This document shows, piece by piece, positions 13,601 through 27,100 of a stretch of DNA of 64,000 nucleotides (its first letter is position 1; every line of letters begins with the position of its first letter). The stretch is from contig QPMI01000460.1 in NCBI GenBank assembly GCA_004431415.1, forward strand, positions 61,170 to 125,169, given 5' to 3'. Both the position numbers and the translations under genes were made by a program. This stretch comes from Cyanophora paradoxa CCMP329. Its lineage: Eukaryota; Plantae; Glaucophyta. Below the pieces are notes generated by a model. It was given only the letters and a program-made list of their open reading frames with translations. It was not told where the DNA came from and searched no databases.

Positions 13601-16600
13601 GATCGCGGCTCGCCCACGCCCGCTTGCGGCTGGGGAGGTTGGGGTGGAAGGGGCGCTGGCGCTGGCCGGCCGCGGGCTCGGGCCCTCGCAGTCGTGGCTG
13701 CCGCGGGCCGCCAGGACCCCCGCGATAAACGCCAGCTCCGCCTCTCGCCCCACGAGGGCGGCCGCACGCGATCGGGAGGGACGGCGGCTGGCGCGGCCGC
13801 TGCCGCCGCCGCCGCCGTCGCCGCCGCCGCCGCCGCCGCCGCCGCCTGCGCCGCGTTCGGCCCGCCGGGCCGGCCGCACCCGCAGCGGCCGGAACGCCGC
13901 CGTGGTTCCCGGCATGCCTTTGAGCCTGTACTCCCCCGCCGCCTCCATCTCGACCAGCTGCTCCCTGCGCATGCGCGCCGCGACCGCCGATAAGCGTCCT
14001 TGGCCGCGCTGCGCTGCGCGGGGCGCGGGATTCGGGGGCTCCGACGCACGCGGCGGCGCGCGTCTCGCCGTCCGCGAGGATGCCGGCGCCGGATCCGGAG
14101 CGTCCCGCCTTGCCCATGAGCCGCGCCGCCCTGTTCACCGCGTTCCCGAAGACCGAGAACTCGCTGCGGGCCAGGCTCCAGGCTCGCTCTCGGGGCGGGG
14201 CGGGGCGGGGCCGGGGCCGGGGCCGGGGAGCACCAGCGGGTGGCGGGGTCGCCGACGAAGGCGCAGAAGGCGAGGCCGGTTGCGAGGCCGAGGGCGCAGC
14301 CGACGCCGGCGGCCTCCATCGCCTCCCTCAATTCCAGCGCGCACGCCGCGCACCGCGCCGCGTCCTCTGCAGGCGAGGCGAGGCGAGGCGAGGTGAGGCG
14401 AGCCCGGGACGGGTCGGGGGGCCCTGGCATGGGCCGGGGACCCACCCTCGTGGGAGAGGGGGTACAGGCCGAAGACGCCGATCACGACCAGTCCTTTGTC
14501 TGACGCGCCCGTGGCCGCGGCCGGCGGCACCCGTAATCAGATGCGGGAGGGGGCGGCCGAGGCGGCGAAAGGTGGGGCGGGGTGGGGGAACGTTCACCGT
14601 CGAGGACGATCTGGCGGAGGGAGCCCTCGTGGGCGTAGAGGAGCGACTGGGCCGTCCGCACCGCCGCCCGCACCTCCCCCGGGCCCGTCGCCTTCAGATC
14701 CAGAGAGCCGAACAGCACGGACACCTTCGGATCGGGTCATATCAGATCAGATCAGATCAGATCGGATCAAATCTGAGCGGGGCGCACGGGGCGGAACTCG
14801 GCGAGGTAGCGGGCCGGGTCGACGCCCCCGACGCTTGCGATCTGATCCAGCCTCGCCCGAACCTGTTCTCGCCGACCATCCCGTGCATCAGCGAAGAAGG
14901 AAGACACGCGCAAACCCCTGCAAGCTTTTTAAGAGCTCGTAGGCTAGGCGCGCTCGCCGTGTACGGGACGAAGAGGGAGGCGAGGGCCAGCTGCTCGGGC
15001 GTCTCCAGCGGCGGCGCCGGCTCCCGCAGCCGCCCCGCCAGGCTCCCTGCCGACCGCGGTCGGGTTCGCGAAGCTCAGCGGCTCAGCGGCTCATGATCAG
15101 CGGCTCGGAGCGAGCAGGCGGGCGGGGCGGGCGGACCGGAGGGCACGCCGAGCGTGGAGTGGCAGTACTCGGCGAGGTGCGGGGCGGCCGATCCGTCCAC
15201 GACGAGGAACGCGGCTCTGGAGTGACGCCTGCCCCGATCCCGATCGCGGGGCGAGTCGGGCCCGTCGCGATCGCGATCGCGATCGCGATCGCGATCGAGG
15301 CCGATCACGAGCGGCCGCGGGCTGCTGCGCGCCGACTGCGCCGCCGAGAAGGAGACGGCGGTGTGGACGGAGTAGCCCGGGTCCACGCCCTCGGCGCCCT
15401 CCGTGTTGCTCGCGCTCGCCAGCGGAGGCGGCGGCGAGCCGGACGGCGCTATAGCTATAGCTACGGATCCTAGGCCTCCGCCGGGCGCCGGCGCCGGCTG
15501 CTGCTCCGGATCCCGGTCACGGTCCATGGCCGCGAGGGACGACGCCGAGCTGGAGCGCGGGGGCCTGTGCCGCCGGAAGGACCAGCCGGCTACGAACGAG
15601 AGCGAGCTGCGCCGCCCCACGCTGCTGCGGTTCGTGATCGCGGGGACCAGCGCCGAGCGCGGGATGTGCTGCATCAGCGACGGGCAGAGGGCCACCCGCC
15701 TGCGCGCGCGCGCCCCCCGGGCCAGGCCCGCGGTTAGGTAAGGCGAGACCTGGGGCCTGGGCCCAGAAGCGAGCGGGGCAAAGCTTAATTGTTATATGAG
15801 GAAATCAAAGGGGCGGAAGCTTGACTCTAAATCAGGAAATCAAAGGGGCGGAAGCTTGACTCTAAATCAGGAAATCAAAGGGGCGGAAGCTTGACTCTAA
15901 ATCAGGAAATCAAAGGGGCGGAAGCTAGATTGTAATAAATGGGAATCAGAGAGGCGGGAGCTAGATTGTAATAAAAGGGAATCAGAGGGGCGGCAGCTCA
16001 GCATTGCGGACCCGGGGGCGATCTCCCCCAGGGCCTCCCCCGCCTCCGTCACGGCGGCGCCCTCCGCGAAGAACACCATCCGCCTGCGCGCGCACAAGGC
16101 CGACCCCGCCCCGCCCCGCCCCGGCGTGAGCTCGAGCCGCCGAGGCCCGGCTTGGCACGGAGGGGAGGGGTAGAGGGGGCGCTCGAGCTCGCGCCGATCG
16201 CGACTCACCCGGGCACGTGTGCGTTCGCGTTCGACCGCGGGCCCGGGGCGCCGGGGGCCCGCCGGGCGTCGCCCTCCGGCTCGCCCCAAAGGAACGAGCT
16301 CGAGGCGGGCCGGCCCTGGCCCTGGCCCTGGGCCCCTCGAGCGCGGTCGGGCCCCAGGTACGGGTCGGCGTCAGCGTCGGACGGCTTCAAGCCCGGGCCT
16401 GGGCCCAAGCCGCCGACGTGGAGCCGGAGGGGCCCTGCGGAGAGGGCGATCCGCAGCCTCATACCCCCCGCCACCCCCGCCGCGAAGCGCTCCTGAATCT
16501 GGTACCCGGCCCGCGTGGGCCGGCCGGCCGCGGTGGAAGGCTGTGTTGAAGCCAGAGCCAACGTACGCACCCGCAGGGCACACTCGACGGCGGCGGCGGC

Positions 16601-17516
16601 CCGGAGCGAGAGGGCGGCCGCGAGCCGCCCCGACCCGTGCTCGCTCCGGTCCGCCTCCGCGTCGCCGTCCTCTGCCGCGGCCGCGCCCACGAGAGGCGTC
16701 GTCCCGTCCGCCTCCGCGTGTGCGTACGGCTCGACGGGCCAAATTGCTGCGGTCGCGATCGATATCGGAGCGCCGGCACGAGCCCGCGCGACTCGACTGG
16801 CGCGGGGCGGGGCGGGACGGGGCGGGGCGGGGCGGGGCGAGGGCGGACCGAGGAGCCCGTCCCCGAGGAATGACTGCACGTCAGCCCCGTACTCTGCGCG
16901 GGGGCGCGCGTCCGTCGACGTCAGGCCGCGGCCGCGCGGCGGACGCAGCCACGTGCACGAAGGCCTAAGGCCTAGGCCTATAGCTAGGCCGCGGGCTGGG
17001 CCGGCCGCGGGGCGCGCCTGTGAGAAGCTCAATCTCGGCGCGGAAGCAGCTGTTGATGGCGTCGTGGAGCTGCTCCATGTCGCTCTCGCCGGCGCTGGCT
17101 CTCGCCACAAGATCGCTGAAACCGGCCAAATCGAGGAGGGCGACCACCGCATCGCACGACTCCCGCAGCCGTGCGCCGCGACAGTGTGCCAAAACCAACC
17201 TGCGCAGGTGCGCGCTCGCGCGCTCGCGTCAGCTGCAGGCGCCGGCGCCAACGGGCGCCCCCGGAGCGGCCGCGACCGCGGCCGGTCGCGGCCCGAGCGG
17301 CCGCGACCGCGGCTGGCTGGCCCTTGAGCTCTCTGCGGCTATATGCTTCTTATCTCGAGCTCCCGGCCCGCTTAAAGCTTGCAACGAAAGAATGGCGACG
17401 TCGACGCACCGCGGGCAGAACGCGGCGCACGCGGCGGTCAGCGCCCGCGTCGCCTCGAGCACGAGCTCGGGCTCAAGAGCTTCGACGCGGCCGGCCGCGG
17501 ACGAAGCGAGCTCCAT
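7649..17516 (-). CDS. Soluble adenylyl/guanylyl cyclase, ADCY10-like (C1+C2 class III cyclase, STAND P-loop NTPase, helical/TPR-like C-terminus), multi-exon
   Basis: C1 motifs LLDLAGFS and YGADVQSFLGDGLL; C2 motifs DKGLVVIGVFGL, GLATGLAFCAFVG, NRAARLMGKA, YRLKG; LVGREAEL; Walker A VTGNTGLGKS; RLDRL..LLK..ASCVGMRF; LAYHWLAAE. Assigning the 7.6-10.5 kb exons to the same gene is inferred. Confidence 0.85.
15799..15997. repeat. 35-bp minisatellite in a cyclase intron (3 perfect + degenerate copies)
   Basis: AGGAAATCAAAGGGGCGGAAGCTTGACTCTAAATC tandem. Confidence 0.85.
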
Positions 17517-18486
17517 ACCTACGGGGCTTCAAGGCTTCTGCATTTGCTCAATTTTGCTGCCACGTATGCGCTCGGTCCTCGCGATTCGGCGAATTCTCCG
17601 CGCGCGTTCGCGCACGCATATGCTGCCGGCGTGCCGGGACCATCAGACGCCACCGTAGCTACGGCGCCGGCGTTGCTTCTCCGAGGGTCAGCAACCGGCC
17701 GGGCGAAGCGCGCGTTTTTCGTATACGGTACCCAGCGACACTGGCAGACGTCGCCGTCACCGTCGACTGTGCGAGTCTTTTTTTTGTACGTACGTTTCCC
17801 TCCCAAAAGCTTGCAATTGAAGCCTTGAAGTCCCTTCGGTGAAGTTCGGTCGGCCCGGATCGCGATCGAAGACAGCCTCGAGCTCGGAGCCGCACGCGCG
17901 CGGGTCGACCGTCGCGCGCTCAGCGGCTCGATGCTAGTGACTCAGTGACGCGCTAGCGCTAGCGCTGCATGATCCGATGATCCTTCGAAGCTCGCACTGC
18001 GGCATGCATATGCCGCACGGCTGCGCACTGCGGCATGCATATGCATGTCGCAGACTCGCAGCTGCAGTGCGCATGCGCATGCGACGTGCGGCCGCGGGCC
18101 GCGCGCGGCCGCGGGCGCGGCGGCTGCGGTCCGCGGTTGAATTCGAATTCGATTGTCCGGATCGATATCCCGGGCCGGATCCGATCCAAAACTTGGACCA
18201 AAAGTTGGAAGCTTCAAGGCTTCAATTCGAATTCGAATTCGCGAGATTACGCGCGCGCGCGCGCCAAATAGAACGTACGATCGCTCGCCTCGGGTAGCGA
18301 AGTCTTAAATTAAAGCCGCGTGGCGCGCTCTCTTAAGCTTAAGCTTGTCGGTTGCTGCGCCGCTGTGCTGCGCGGTTCGAACTGCTGCTTCCCTGTACCC
18401 GTCGCGGCGGAACCATCCGGGCAGCTCGTCTATGTAGACCAGCTAGGAAGCGCTCGCGCGCTTCTCCTTCATAGTAGCAGCGTTCG

Positions 18487-21400
18487 ATGCCTCGGCAGCG
18501 GGACCCTCTCTGGGACAAGTACGCGCCCGCTAACGTGGTGCGGGATGCGCGGGCGGAGGAGATGCTTGCAGCCCTGGAGGCGTTCTTCAACACGAAAGGA
18601 AGATCTGCAGTCGAGCACGTGCGCTCCCGCGCTCCCGGCCTCGAGCTCCCGCGCGCCGAGCGCTTATGCCTTCCGCGGCTGCAGCACCTTCAGGGCCAGC
18701 CGGTGCAGTTCGAGATCAACAACCTTTCGAAGCTCTGCTCTCTCAGTGGCACCACCTTGGCCGAGGAGCTCCGCATCCGCCCGGACACCGTTCTCGCTTG
18801 CATACGCGTCGCCGTGGAGCGGGTGAGCGCGCGTGCGCGGCGATGCGGGCAGGCGCGCGTGTGCTAAGATGCCTCAGGCCGCCTCCCGCGGGAATGCGGG
18901 CCCGCCAGGACAGCGCGTTAGGCTGCGGGTGCACGATGACTACATCGAGGAGTCGCGGATCGCTGACCTGCGGTCCTCGGCGCTCGGTAAGCTCTCCTTC
19001 CCATCCCTATCCGATCTTCCCGATTCTCCGTTTCCAGATCAGTTCGTGGCTATCCGCGGGACCGTGATTCGCACGGGAACCATGGAACCCTGGATATTCT
19101 CGATGAATTTCACCTGCAGGTGCGCTTCAAAAAGCTCCTCTCCGATGCCCTTTCCGCTTCCGCTTTGGAACCAACTGACCGTCTACCAGCCGGTGTCGAA
19201 AGCCTGTCCGGCAACCATTCCCGGACGGCAAGTGGCGGGCCCCGTCCTCGTGCCCCGCGACCGGCTGCACCAGCCGTTCGTTCGTGGCGGACCGGTCGAG
19301 CGCGGAGCTGATAGACAGCCAGGAACTCCGGTGCGCCGCCTGCGTCCGTCCTTCCGGGTACTTGCCCCACGCGAAGGCCCACCCCCTCCCAGGGTACAGG
19401 AAGTGCACGTCTCGGGCGAGGACGACGCCGGCGGGGTACCCCGCTGCATCGAGTGCGTCGTGTTCGACGAGCAGGTGCGCCGAAAACAAGCAAGCGCCCC
19501 CAGCGCCTCCGGCTAGAGGGGACGCCGGCGCGCCTAGAGCTCCCGGCCGCCCTTCTCACCTTCGACCCCGGCAATTAGGTGAACCAGTGCGTACCCGGGG
19601 ACGTTCTTCGTGTATACGGCATCCTCCGCACGCGAGACGAGAGCGGTCCGGATCCGCGGCCGTCGGCGCCGCGCAGAATTTGATCCGAAAAGTCGACCCG
19701 CGCGAGCAACGCAGACGCGCCCACGGGCTCGGGCAAGCAGCGGTCGGCCTCGTTCGCGGCGGGGCGGGGCGTCGGCGGCGGCGTCGGCTCCGAGCGGCAG
19801 CTGGAGGCGGCGCACGTCGTCGTCGAGAAGAAGGTCTCGGTGCAGGGCGACTCGCTGGCCACCAGCGGGGAAGACATCGTATGGATACGGCGCATCGCCG
19901 CCCACCCGAAATGTGCCGCTTTAAATTTCAGTCGTTCTCTTCTCGCCCCCGCCAGCCTCTCACCCCGTCTGTCCCCGCAGGCTTCGAGCTGGTGAGCCGG
20001 TCGCTGTGCCCGCAGATCATCGGGCACGAGACGGTCAAGGCCGGGCTCGTGCTGGGCCTCATGGGCGGCGTCCCCAAGTTCGCCAACTCCTCCAGCAAGC
20101 TCGCCCTCCGCGGCAGCTCCCACGTGCTCCTCGTCGGGGACCCCGGCGTGGGCAAGAGCCAGCTGCTCAAGGCCTGCGCGGCGGCCGCCCCGCGCGGCAT
20201 CTTCGTCGCCAGCAACATGTCCACGGCCTCGGGCCTCACCGTGGCCGTCGCCAAGGACTCCAACGGCAACTTCGCCCTGGAAGGTCCGAGGGGCCTCGAG
20301 CGCCCTCCCCCCCTCTCCCACCCGCTCCTGAGTGTTTCGCGCCTCAGCGGGAGCGCTGGTCCTCGCCGATCAGGTCCGCCCCCCGTCTTCTCTCACGCTG
20401 GACGCCTTCTCGCGCTGTCTGACCTGAGTGTACCCCAGGGCGTCTGCTGCATCGTGCACCCCCCCCTTCCCCTCGCTTACGATGCGCCAGCGGCCGCTGA
20501 CTGCGGCGGGGCCGCGTGGCGGGGCGGGGCAGGACGAGCTGGACAAGAGCAGCACGAGCGAGCACGACGCCCTCCTCGAGGCCATGGAGCAGGCGCGCGC
20601 GCGCTCTCGTCCCTTGGGATTGGAGCCGCTCGGGCCGCCCTCTCTGAAGGCTCCCCAGCAAACCGTGTCGGTGGCCAAGGCCGGCATCTCCGCCTCCTGC
20701 ATGGCCCGGACGACCGTCATCGCCGCCGCGAACCCCGTCTCCGGCTCCTACAAGTGAGTAAACTGTCTTGCTTAATCTCGCCGGGCCGCGCCGGGCCGCG
20801 CCGGGCCGCGCCGCGCCGGCCTGGGCTTCTGGGCTGGAGCTGAAGCGGTCTCGGGCGCGCAGCAAGGCTAAACCAGTCTCCGAGAACCTCAAGATCTCCC
20901 CCGCCATCCTATCCAGGTCCACATCCAGAGCCGTCCTTGGCATTACTCTAACAGAACGTAATCTCATTAGCTCTCATTAATCTCAAGATATAGTTAACCG
21001 CGACGTACGATCTCGAAGACGATTAGAAGCCCCCATCGCTTAAACACGTCCTCGAAGACAGACGAGCCGCGCGCGCGCGGCAGTCCGAGCTCCCCCGCCA
21101 TCCACCCTCTCCAGGTCCTCGGCGTAGCTAGCTCTAAGAGAACCACCCCCGCTGCTTCTTTAGCTAGCATAACCTCGGGGACACCCATCACTGCAAGCCT
21201 CAAGCCGCCGGCGCCTGCGCTCGCTGACCTTCGCGGCAGGTTCGACCTGATCTTCCTGATGGAGGACCTGCACGACCAGGGCAGGTCGGCCCATCCCGCC
21301 CCGCCCCGCCCCGCCCCGCCCCGCCCGTAGCCCCGGCCTCGGCCCCGGCCTCGGCCTCCCTGCTCACGTAAGGTGTGGGCCGATAGGGACGAGGCGCTCT

Positions 21401-22926
21401 CGCGTCACCTCCTTCGCAAGCGCGCGCTGGAGGCCGGCCCGGCGCCCTCCTCCGCCCCCTCCTCCTCCTCCTCCGCCTCCGCCTCCGCCTCCTCCTCCGC
21501 CCCCTCGGAGCTGGTGCCGCACGGGCTCCTCCGCGAGTACTTCGCGTACGCGCGGCACGCCTGCAAGCCCACGTGCGACCGCCCCGCCCCTCTCGCCGCT
21601 GAGGCCTAGGCCTAGTAGCAATAGCTTAGGAAGCTCCAGGCCCCCACGCCCCTCCTCCAGGCCCAGGCCGCCCCGCCCGGGCCTCCCCCTCCTCCTGACC
21701 CCCCGCCGCGGGCCGGGCAGGCTCTCGGACGGGGCGATCCGGCAGCTGCAGGACTTCTACGTCGAGCTCCGCCGCGGCTACCGCGACGCCGGTGCGTGCG
21801 CCCCCCGTCGGAGCTCGCATATATTAAGGGCAGGATGAAGCCTGGGCATCCCGGGCGCTCCTCTCGCGCCCCTCGCCGTCTGAAGATCGGGCGCAGAGGG
21901 CTCGCCGGTGACGTCGCGGCAGCTGGAGTCGCTGGCGCGCCTTGCGGAGGCCCGCGCCCGCTGCGAGCTCCGGCCCGTCGCCACCCTCGAGGACGCCCGC
22001 GTTCGCCCCGCCCCGCCCCCTGCCCTCGTTCAGTGAGAATTTCTTAGTCGAACTCGAACGTACAGTGAGAACGAACGTTAGTCGAACGTTATAATTTGCT
22101 TCCGCTTCCGCCCCCCTTTCCTTCCCCCCTTGGCCCCCCCCCCTCGCCCCTCCCCCCCCTCCCTCCCCCCTCCCCCCCTCCCCACCCACCCACTAAGTCA
22201 CTCAAAGCTCCCTTGCCCCCCACCCACCCCCTCCCCCGCCTCCCCCTAACCCCGAGCTTCGAATCCGCCAGGAGGTGATCGGGATCGTGAAGGCGACGCT
22301 CCTGACGGGCTTCGGCTTCGGCGAGGGGCCCGCAGGCTCCTTCGCCTTCCCGATCGCCCCCGGCCCCGCCGGCGGCGGGGGCGGCAAGAGGGCCCGCGGT
22401 CCGCCCCGCCTCCTCCCCCGCCTCCTCCGTCTACTAAGCTTCTCTTCTTCTGACAGGCTCGCGGGGGCGGCCGGAGGAGGTGCTCGAGCGCATCGCGCGG
22501 GAGGTCCTCCCCTCCCGCGACAAAAAGCTCTTCTCCGAAGAGGTCCGGGGGCCCCCCCTGAAATTTAGCTTTGGTTTCTTAGCGATCTAGATCTCGTCTA
22601 CCTCGGCTGAGCTCGGCGTGAAATTAATTTGGTTTATCTAGCTAAGCTCGGCGTTTTGATAAAGCACGCCAGCTCGCGATCGGCTAATTAAATATTCTTC
22701 AGACGACCACGAACAATTACCTTCCCCTCTATCTCCTTTTAGCTCGGCTCATAGAACGCATATATAGTTACCTCGTCTTCTGACGGGCTCCCAGGAGCTG
22801 TACCACGAGGCGCGGCGGCTGCGCGAGTTCAAGAGCCTGCTCGAGTTCCAGCGGCTCGTGGGCGCCTGGAACGAGCAGGGGCTCCTCCTGAGGGCCCCCG
22901 GCGGCCTCCTCCGCATCAACGTCTGA
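18487..22926 (+). CDS. MCM8: DNA helicase MCM8 (multi-exon)
   Basis: [23 protein letters not shown]; [16 protein letters not shown] (Walker A); GVCCI|DELDK; EAMEQ|QTVSVAKAG; [27 protein letters not shown]|FDLIF; [18 protein letters not shown]. The KAKxVSENLK segment is typical of MCM8. Confidence 0.9.
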
Positions 22927-23790
22927 CGCCCCTAGCTATAGGCCTCTGATCCAGGTCTGGATCTGGAGCCAGCTATAAGAAAGCTAAGCTAATCTAGGAC
23001 ATCAAAACTATCTAGGAAATCAAAACTATCTATCTGTTACGTAGGCGCCGGTGCACTGCGTCGTGATCACGAGGGGCGCGGCCCGGGGTGGGCCCGGGCC
23101 GGCCGGGGCCGCCCGGCGCCCCGGGTGCGGGTCTTGCACGAGGGCCCTGCAGGCTGCAACTGCGCCTGGCCTTGGGCGCCGGGCGTCGTCGGCTGTGGGA
23201 GCCCGGCCCTACGGGCCACGGCCCACGGGCCACGGGCCATGGCCCATGGCGCCTGCGCCGCCTGGCCTGCTGGCGCCGGCGCCGGACCGCTCGAACTGCG
23301 GCACGCGAGTCGACGCGACGCCGGGCGCCGGCGCCGCGAGCAGCGAAATCTGCCCGAATTCTGCCCGGAATTCGAATCTGCCGTGGCCCGTCACACAACG
23401 GCGTGGGCCGTGGCCCGTGGCCCGTGGGGTTACACTGGGGTACGCGACGATTTGCGACGGTTGATCGAAGTCACGTGCACGCTGCGGTCGCGGGACTCGC
23501 GGACCAGAGTCGCGGTCCAGAGTCGCGGACCCACGAGCTCGCGCGCGGACCCTCGCGGTTGATCATGTATCAATGATTCCGAAGCTCATCATGATCGAAA
23601 GTCACGCGGTCAGGCCGATTCGCGGACGGGCGATGTCACGCCGGTGTGCTTTTCTTTTCAACCCTGAAAGCTTTCAAGTGTCCCACTGTTTTCTTCTACA
23701 GCCTAAGTACAGGAGCAACTCCGCAAGCTTGCCTGTAACGTTAACGGCTTACCCCCCAGTGGGCCCCCACGCGTCGGCTACCACCGGCTT

Positions 23791-23860
23791 AAGCTTAAGC
23801 TTCTTTTTTTTTTTTTGGTGAATTACCGGCCACAGTCTCTAGACACCAAGCTTAAGCTTC
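23791..23860 (-). mobile_element. Second copy of the short retroposed insert, with poly(A) tail and 13-bp TSD
   Basis: AAGCTTAAGCTTC at 23791-23803 and 23848-23860 flanks a poly-T tract plus GGTGAATTACCGGCCACAGTCTCTAGAC. Confidence 0.75.
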
Positions 23861-24188
23861 TGCCGCAGTGCACATCCGCGGCCGCGCCGGCCCGCGCGCG
23901 CACCGCCGGCCCGGCGCCGGGGGCTAAGCTCGCGGAGCTTGCACGGTTGAGCTCCAGGCAGCGCAGGCTGCAGGAACGCGAGCGGCGCCGCGCCGGCGAG
24001 CCTCGGAGCTCGCGATCGGGCGCACGCGTACGGCCCCTGAACTTCGCGGCCGCGGGGTGCGCGCGCGCGGCGGCTGCAGCTGCAGCCCCTTCCGGTCGGA
24101 AATCGTAATCAAAGCGCATGCAGCGAAACTTTGAAACGAAAGCTTTGCGCCGTACAGCCGCGGCATGACATGATCATGGCCAGGTGAC

Positions 24189-27100
24189 ATGCACATGCAG
24201 CTGCAGGCGGGCGCGTCAGATCTAGAGGCTTTCCAGGAGGAGGAGGGGCGGGATGCGGAGTCGTCGCGCCCCGCCGGCGCCCTCTCTCCCCTCCACTTCC
24301 TGCCCGACCTCGCCATCTGGGCTTGCTCGCCAGCGCACGCCGGCGCCGGCGCCAGCGCCCGCGAGGGCCCCCTCCGCGTAGCCGGCTCGCTCCTCGACGC
24401 GCCCTCGTCGACCCGCTTCGAGGCGGCGGCGGTGCTCGTCGACGTCGCGGGCAGCGTGAAGGCCGCGCAGCGGCTCATCCAGCCGGCTCGCGGGGCTGAC
24501 GCCGACCCCGAGAGCCTGCGGAGGGCCGCCCGCCAGGTGCCCAAGCACGCCGGCGCCCCAGAGGCGCTCTTTGACCACGGGCCTCCGTTTCAGGGCGCGG
24601 AGGCGCTGAGCCGGGCCCTGAACGCCTGCTTTAGCCGTGCCATCCAGAGCGCGCGGAACCACGGCGGAGACGTCATCCGGTTCCTTGGTGAGAGCGGATC
24701 GGAGCAGCCTTCGATTTCCGCCCTTCGCCGATCTCATTCGATGTGCGCAGGGGACGCGATCCTGGTCCTGGTGTACGCGGAAGGGCCGGGCGGGCTCGCG
24801 GAGGCGTGCCGGGCGGCGCGGCGCATCGCAGCGGAGGCGGCCGAGGGGCCGGCGCGGGAGGAGTGGGGCGGCGAGGGCGGGGTCGAGCCGCCTCGCAGCC
24901 CGCGAGGGGCCACCTCCGCGTCAGAAGACGACACCCGCAGCGGCCGCGGGTCCGTCGACGTCCCAATCCTCTGCTCTTGAAACCCCTTCCGGCTCGCACC
25001 GGTCCGACGCGGGCCGGGGCGGGGCGGGGCGGCGCAGGCTGCGGCTTCGGGTGCATGTGGCGGTCGCCGCCGGCGATTTCTACGCCCTTCGCCTCGGGGC
25101 CGGAGACGGCGAGGCCGGCGGGGGCGGCGGGGCCGGCGGGGCGGCGCCGCGCTCGGAGCTGGTGGTGGTGGGGGACGCCCTGCCCCGCCTCGCGGCCGGC
25201 CTCGCCCTCGCCGGCGCCGGCGAGGTCGCCCTGGCTCCGGAGGTTGCCATCCACGCCGCCGCCCCGACCCGCCCTCCGGATCCGGGCCCGGCCCCGCCCG
25301 AAGCCGAACCCGCGTCTCCGATGGCTTCCTCCTCTTCGGCCCCCCGGCAGCGTCCCCCGAGCCCGAGCCGGAGCTCCCGGGCACGCCCAAGTCGTTCGAC
25401 GATAGGGCCGCCCGCTCCCGCTCCATGCGAGCCATCCTCTCGCCGACCCTGCGGTCGCGGCAGCTGCAGCCGGCGTCGACGGCGGCGGCGCCGGCGCCGG
25501 CGCCGGCCGGCGCCCGGCCCAAGATCCACGTCTCGATCCCCTCGGGCTTGCAGCTGCATTTGCGGTCGGGGCCGCAGAGCGGCGCGGAGGGGAGCGACGC
25601 GGAGGGCAGCCCGCGATCGCCGGCTCGATCCGCGTCGCCCTCGCCCGGCCAGTCGCCGTCGGCCGGGGCCGGGCAGAGCCCGCGGCGCCCCGCCTCCTGG
25701 TCGGCTCGGAGCAGCAGGAGCCCAAGCGGCAGAAGCGCCAGCGGCCGGAGCGCGAGCGGCGGCGGGCTGCTGCTCGGGCCGCGGCGCGCCGTCCTCGCCC
25801 GCAGCTCCAGCTCAGATCTGAGGCTCGGATCTGATCACCCTCTCTGGAGCCTGCTCCCCGACGACGTGGCGGGGCAGCTGGAGTGCGCCGGCCGCTTCCT
25901 CACCGAGCTCCGCATCATCTCCTGCGCCTTCGTGCGCGTCGACGCCTTCGACATGGCCGCCATTAACGTTGGCGCCGGGAATTCGAGGGAATTCCCGCCC
26001 GAGGCCCTCGCCTCGCTCCACAGGGCCGTCTCTGTCGTCCTCGACGCGGCCGCCAACACCGAGGCCCGCCCCGCCCCGCCCCGCGCCGCTCGCCGTCGCT
26101 CTCATCTAAAATTAGAGCTAGAACTAACTCTTGAGCCCGCCTCGCTTCTAGAAGCTTCTAGAATATTTTCCACCTAACTCTAGAGCAAGAATTTAATCTG
26201 ATCATGATCGCGCTGCGCACGCAGGGCGTCGTCCGGTCGTGTTTCTGCGACGACAGTGCGCCGCCCGGCCCCTCTCTCCGCCTCCTTCGGATTACCAGCC
26301 CACTTTGTTTGTTTCGCTTGCAGAGGGCTTCATCTGCCTTTTGACGTGGGGTCTGGTTGGAGCGGCCCACAGGTTCGAGCCGGCGGCTGCCTTCTTAATC
26401 ATCGTAAGCTGAAGGCCGGCCACCCAATCCAACGCCCCGGCCCGCAGCGACGATCCGGCGCGGGCGTGCCTGGCGGCGCTGCACATCCGGGAGCAGTTCG
26501 CGGCGCAGAAGTGCGGGCCTGCCTCTATCGGCATCACCACCGGCCGGTCCGCCGCCGCGCCGCCGCCGCCGCCGCCGCCATCGCGCCGAATCTCCGGATT
26601 TCTGAATTACCGCAGCGTCTTCGCGGGCTTGATCGGCGACGAGCAGCGCTGCGACTACAACGTGCTCGGGCACCCCTGCAACATGGTACCCCCCTCGCTC
26701 CGCCCCAGCCTTAGGCTACCGCTTGTACCCCTTCGATCCTGATCCTGAGCGACTCGCGCGCCCAGGCCGCACGGCTAATGGCCAAGGCGCAAGGTCCGTT
26801 ATCTTCTTTAGTTTCCGCGGAACAACAATCTTAAATTACATAAGCTCTCTTGATGACACGATCTTTAATTAAATTAAGCGCTCTCGCTGACGCGGGCATG
26901 TGTGTGCGCGCGCAGGCGCCATCTGGGTGGACGAGGCGACGGCGGAGGGGGCCGGGGAGCGGCTGCGGCTGGAGGCGCTGCCGCCGCTGCAGGTCAAGGG
27001 GGCGGAGGGGCCGTTCGCGGCCTACGCGCTGCGGGGGCGCGCGGCGCGGCCGGAGCCGGTGGGGCGCGCCCTGCGCCGCGCCGTCACTGCAATGTTCTCG

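Noticed and set aside
23205-23430. Inverted GGGCCACGG/CCGTGGCCC clusters as a MITE
   Set aside because: Low-complexity GC motifs, no clear TSD or defined termini
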